This document shows positions 63,518-64,000 of a stretch of 64,000 nucleotides of DNA, one piece after another; within the stretch, counting starts at the first letter, position 1; each line of letters begins with the position of its first letter. Where the stretch lies: the NCBI GenBank assembly GCA_020536535.1, contig JAHLWZ010000185.1, forward strand, positions 1 to 64,000, read 5' to 3'. The position numbers and the translations under genes are program-made. Source of the DNA: Pelomyxa schiedti. Its lineage: Eukaryota > Protista > Evosea. Below the pieces are notes generated by a model that worked only from the letters and a program-made list of their open reading frames with translations, made no database searches and was not told the origin of the DNA.

Positions 63518-64000
63518 TTAGTTTTTAGGAGGTTCAAAATTATTGGGCAATACAACAAAAACCACAAGGACTCCTGTTGTGAGGCCAGCAATCAAGAAGG
63601 ATCCCTCACCAACAAAACTTAGTGCTGACACAACCGCATCAGTGTTGTACTGTGAAATTGGGTTGTGTGTTAAGAATATTAGGAAAACGCCAGTAGGTTC
63701 TTGCACACATACCTTATGAACGAGCTGTAAACCAAAAACACTGTATACATTTATACCACCAGCGGTATTGGCGGCAGCAAGGTACTTTCCATCAGGGGTG
63801 TTTACAAGTGTTGTCAGTGGATCCACTTTGCTCTCACAAAGAGGTTGGGCATTTATGCTGAAAACAGAGACAGTAGAAATGGAATTCTGGTATGCAACAA
63901 TGTAACCTTTTTTTTCAAAAAAAAAAAAAACATGTAAGTACAAACCTAAAAGAAAGAACCGAAAATACCTTGAGAAGTGCAAATAAGTTGGTCAATGGGT
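63518..64000 (-). CDS. 3' end of a WD40 protein, BEACH-protein C-terminal type (partial)
   Basis: CTSQGYIVAY..VSVFSINAQPL..TPDGKYLAAA..FLIAGLTTG; the gene continues beyond the window. Confidence 0.6.

Overview
Gene-dense eukaryotic DNA with very short (mostly 40-60 nt) spliceosomal introns and intergenic gaps often under 130 nt. The gene content (an Entamoeba-type transmembrane kinase, GH25 lysozyme, a prokaryote-type radical SAM enzyme, lineage-specific repeat proteins) suggests an anaerobic amoebozoan such as an archamoeba (Pelomyxa-like); this is inference only. Most ORF-track entries are exon fragments or antisense noise, so I rebuilt about 24 spliced genes by hand: a kinase-NACHT-WD40 protein, NTPCR, an ADK-RING-vWA-Hint fusion, a kinase-SH2 protein, FKBP, an F-box-like protein, a PTP, a Rac, a Rad6-like E2, a SEL1-repeat protein, NOL10, a small HNH nuclease, DnaJA, an IS630/Tc1 transposase, GH25 lysozyme, a receptor kinase, an AmmeMemoRadiSam radical SAM enzyme, RNPC3, cathepsin D, a Crinkler-like NTPase-REase, an XDH/AOX-family enzyme and the end of a BEACH-type WD40 gene. 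Most notable: (1) an unassigned, heavily base-paired ~340-nt RNA candidate on the minus strand at 21389-21730, whose helix imperfections are mostly G-U pairs on that strand only; (2) an intronless NLR-like protein with a LepB/PI-kinase-like effector domain; (3) an intron-bearing AmmeMemoRadiSam enzyme; (4) an adenylate kinase fused to a RING-vWA-Hint module; (5) a possible U12-dependent poison exon in RNPC3. All exon boundaries and RNA helices were assigned by eye and need RNA-seq and computational confirmation.
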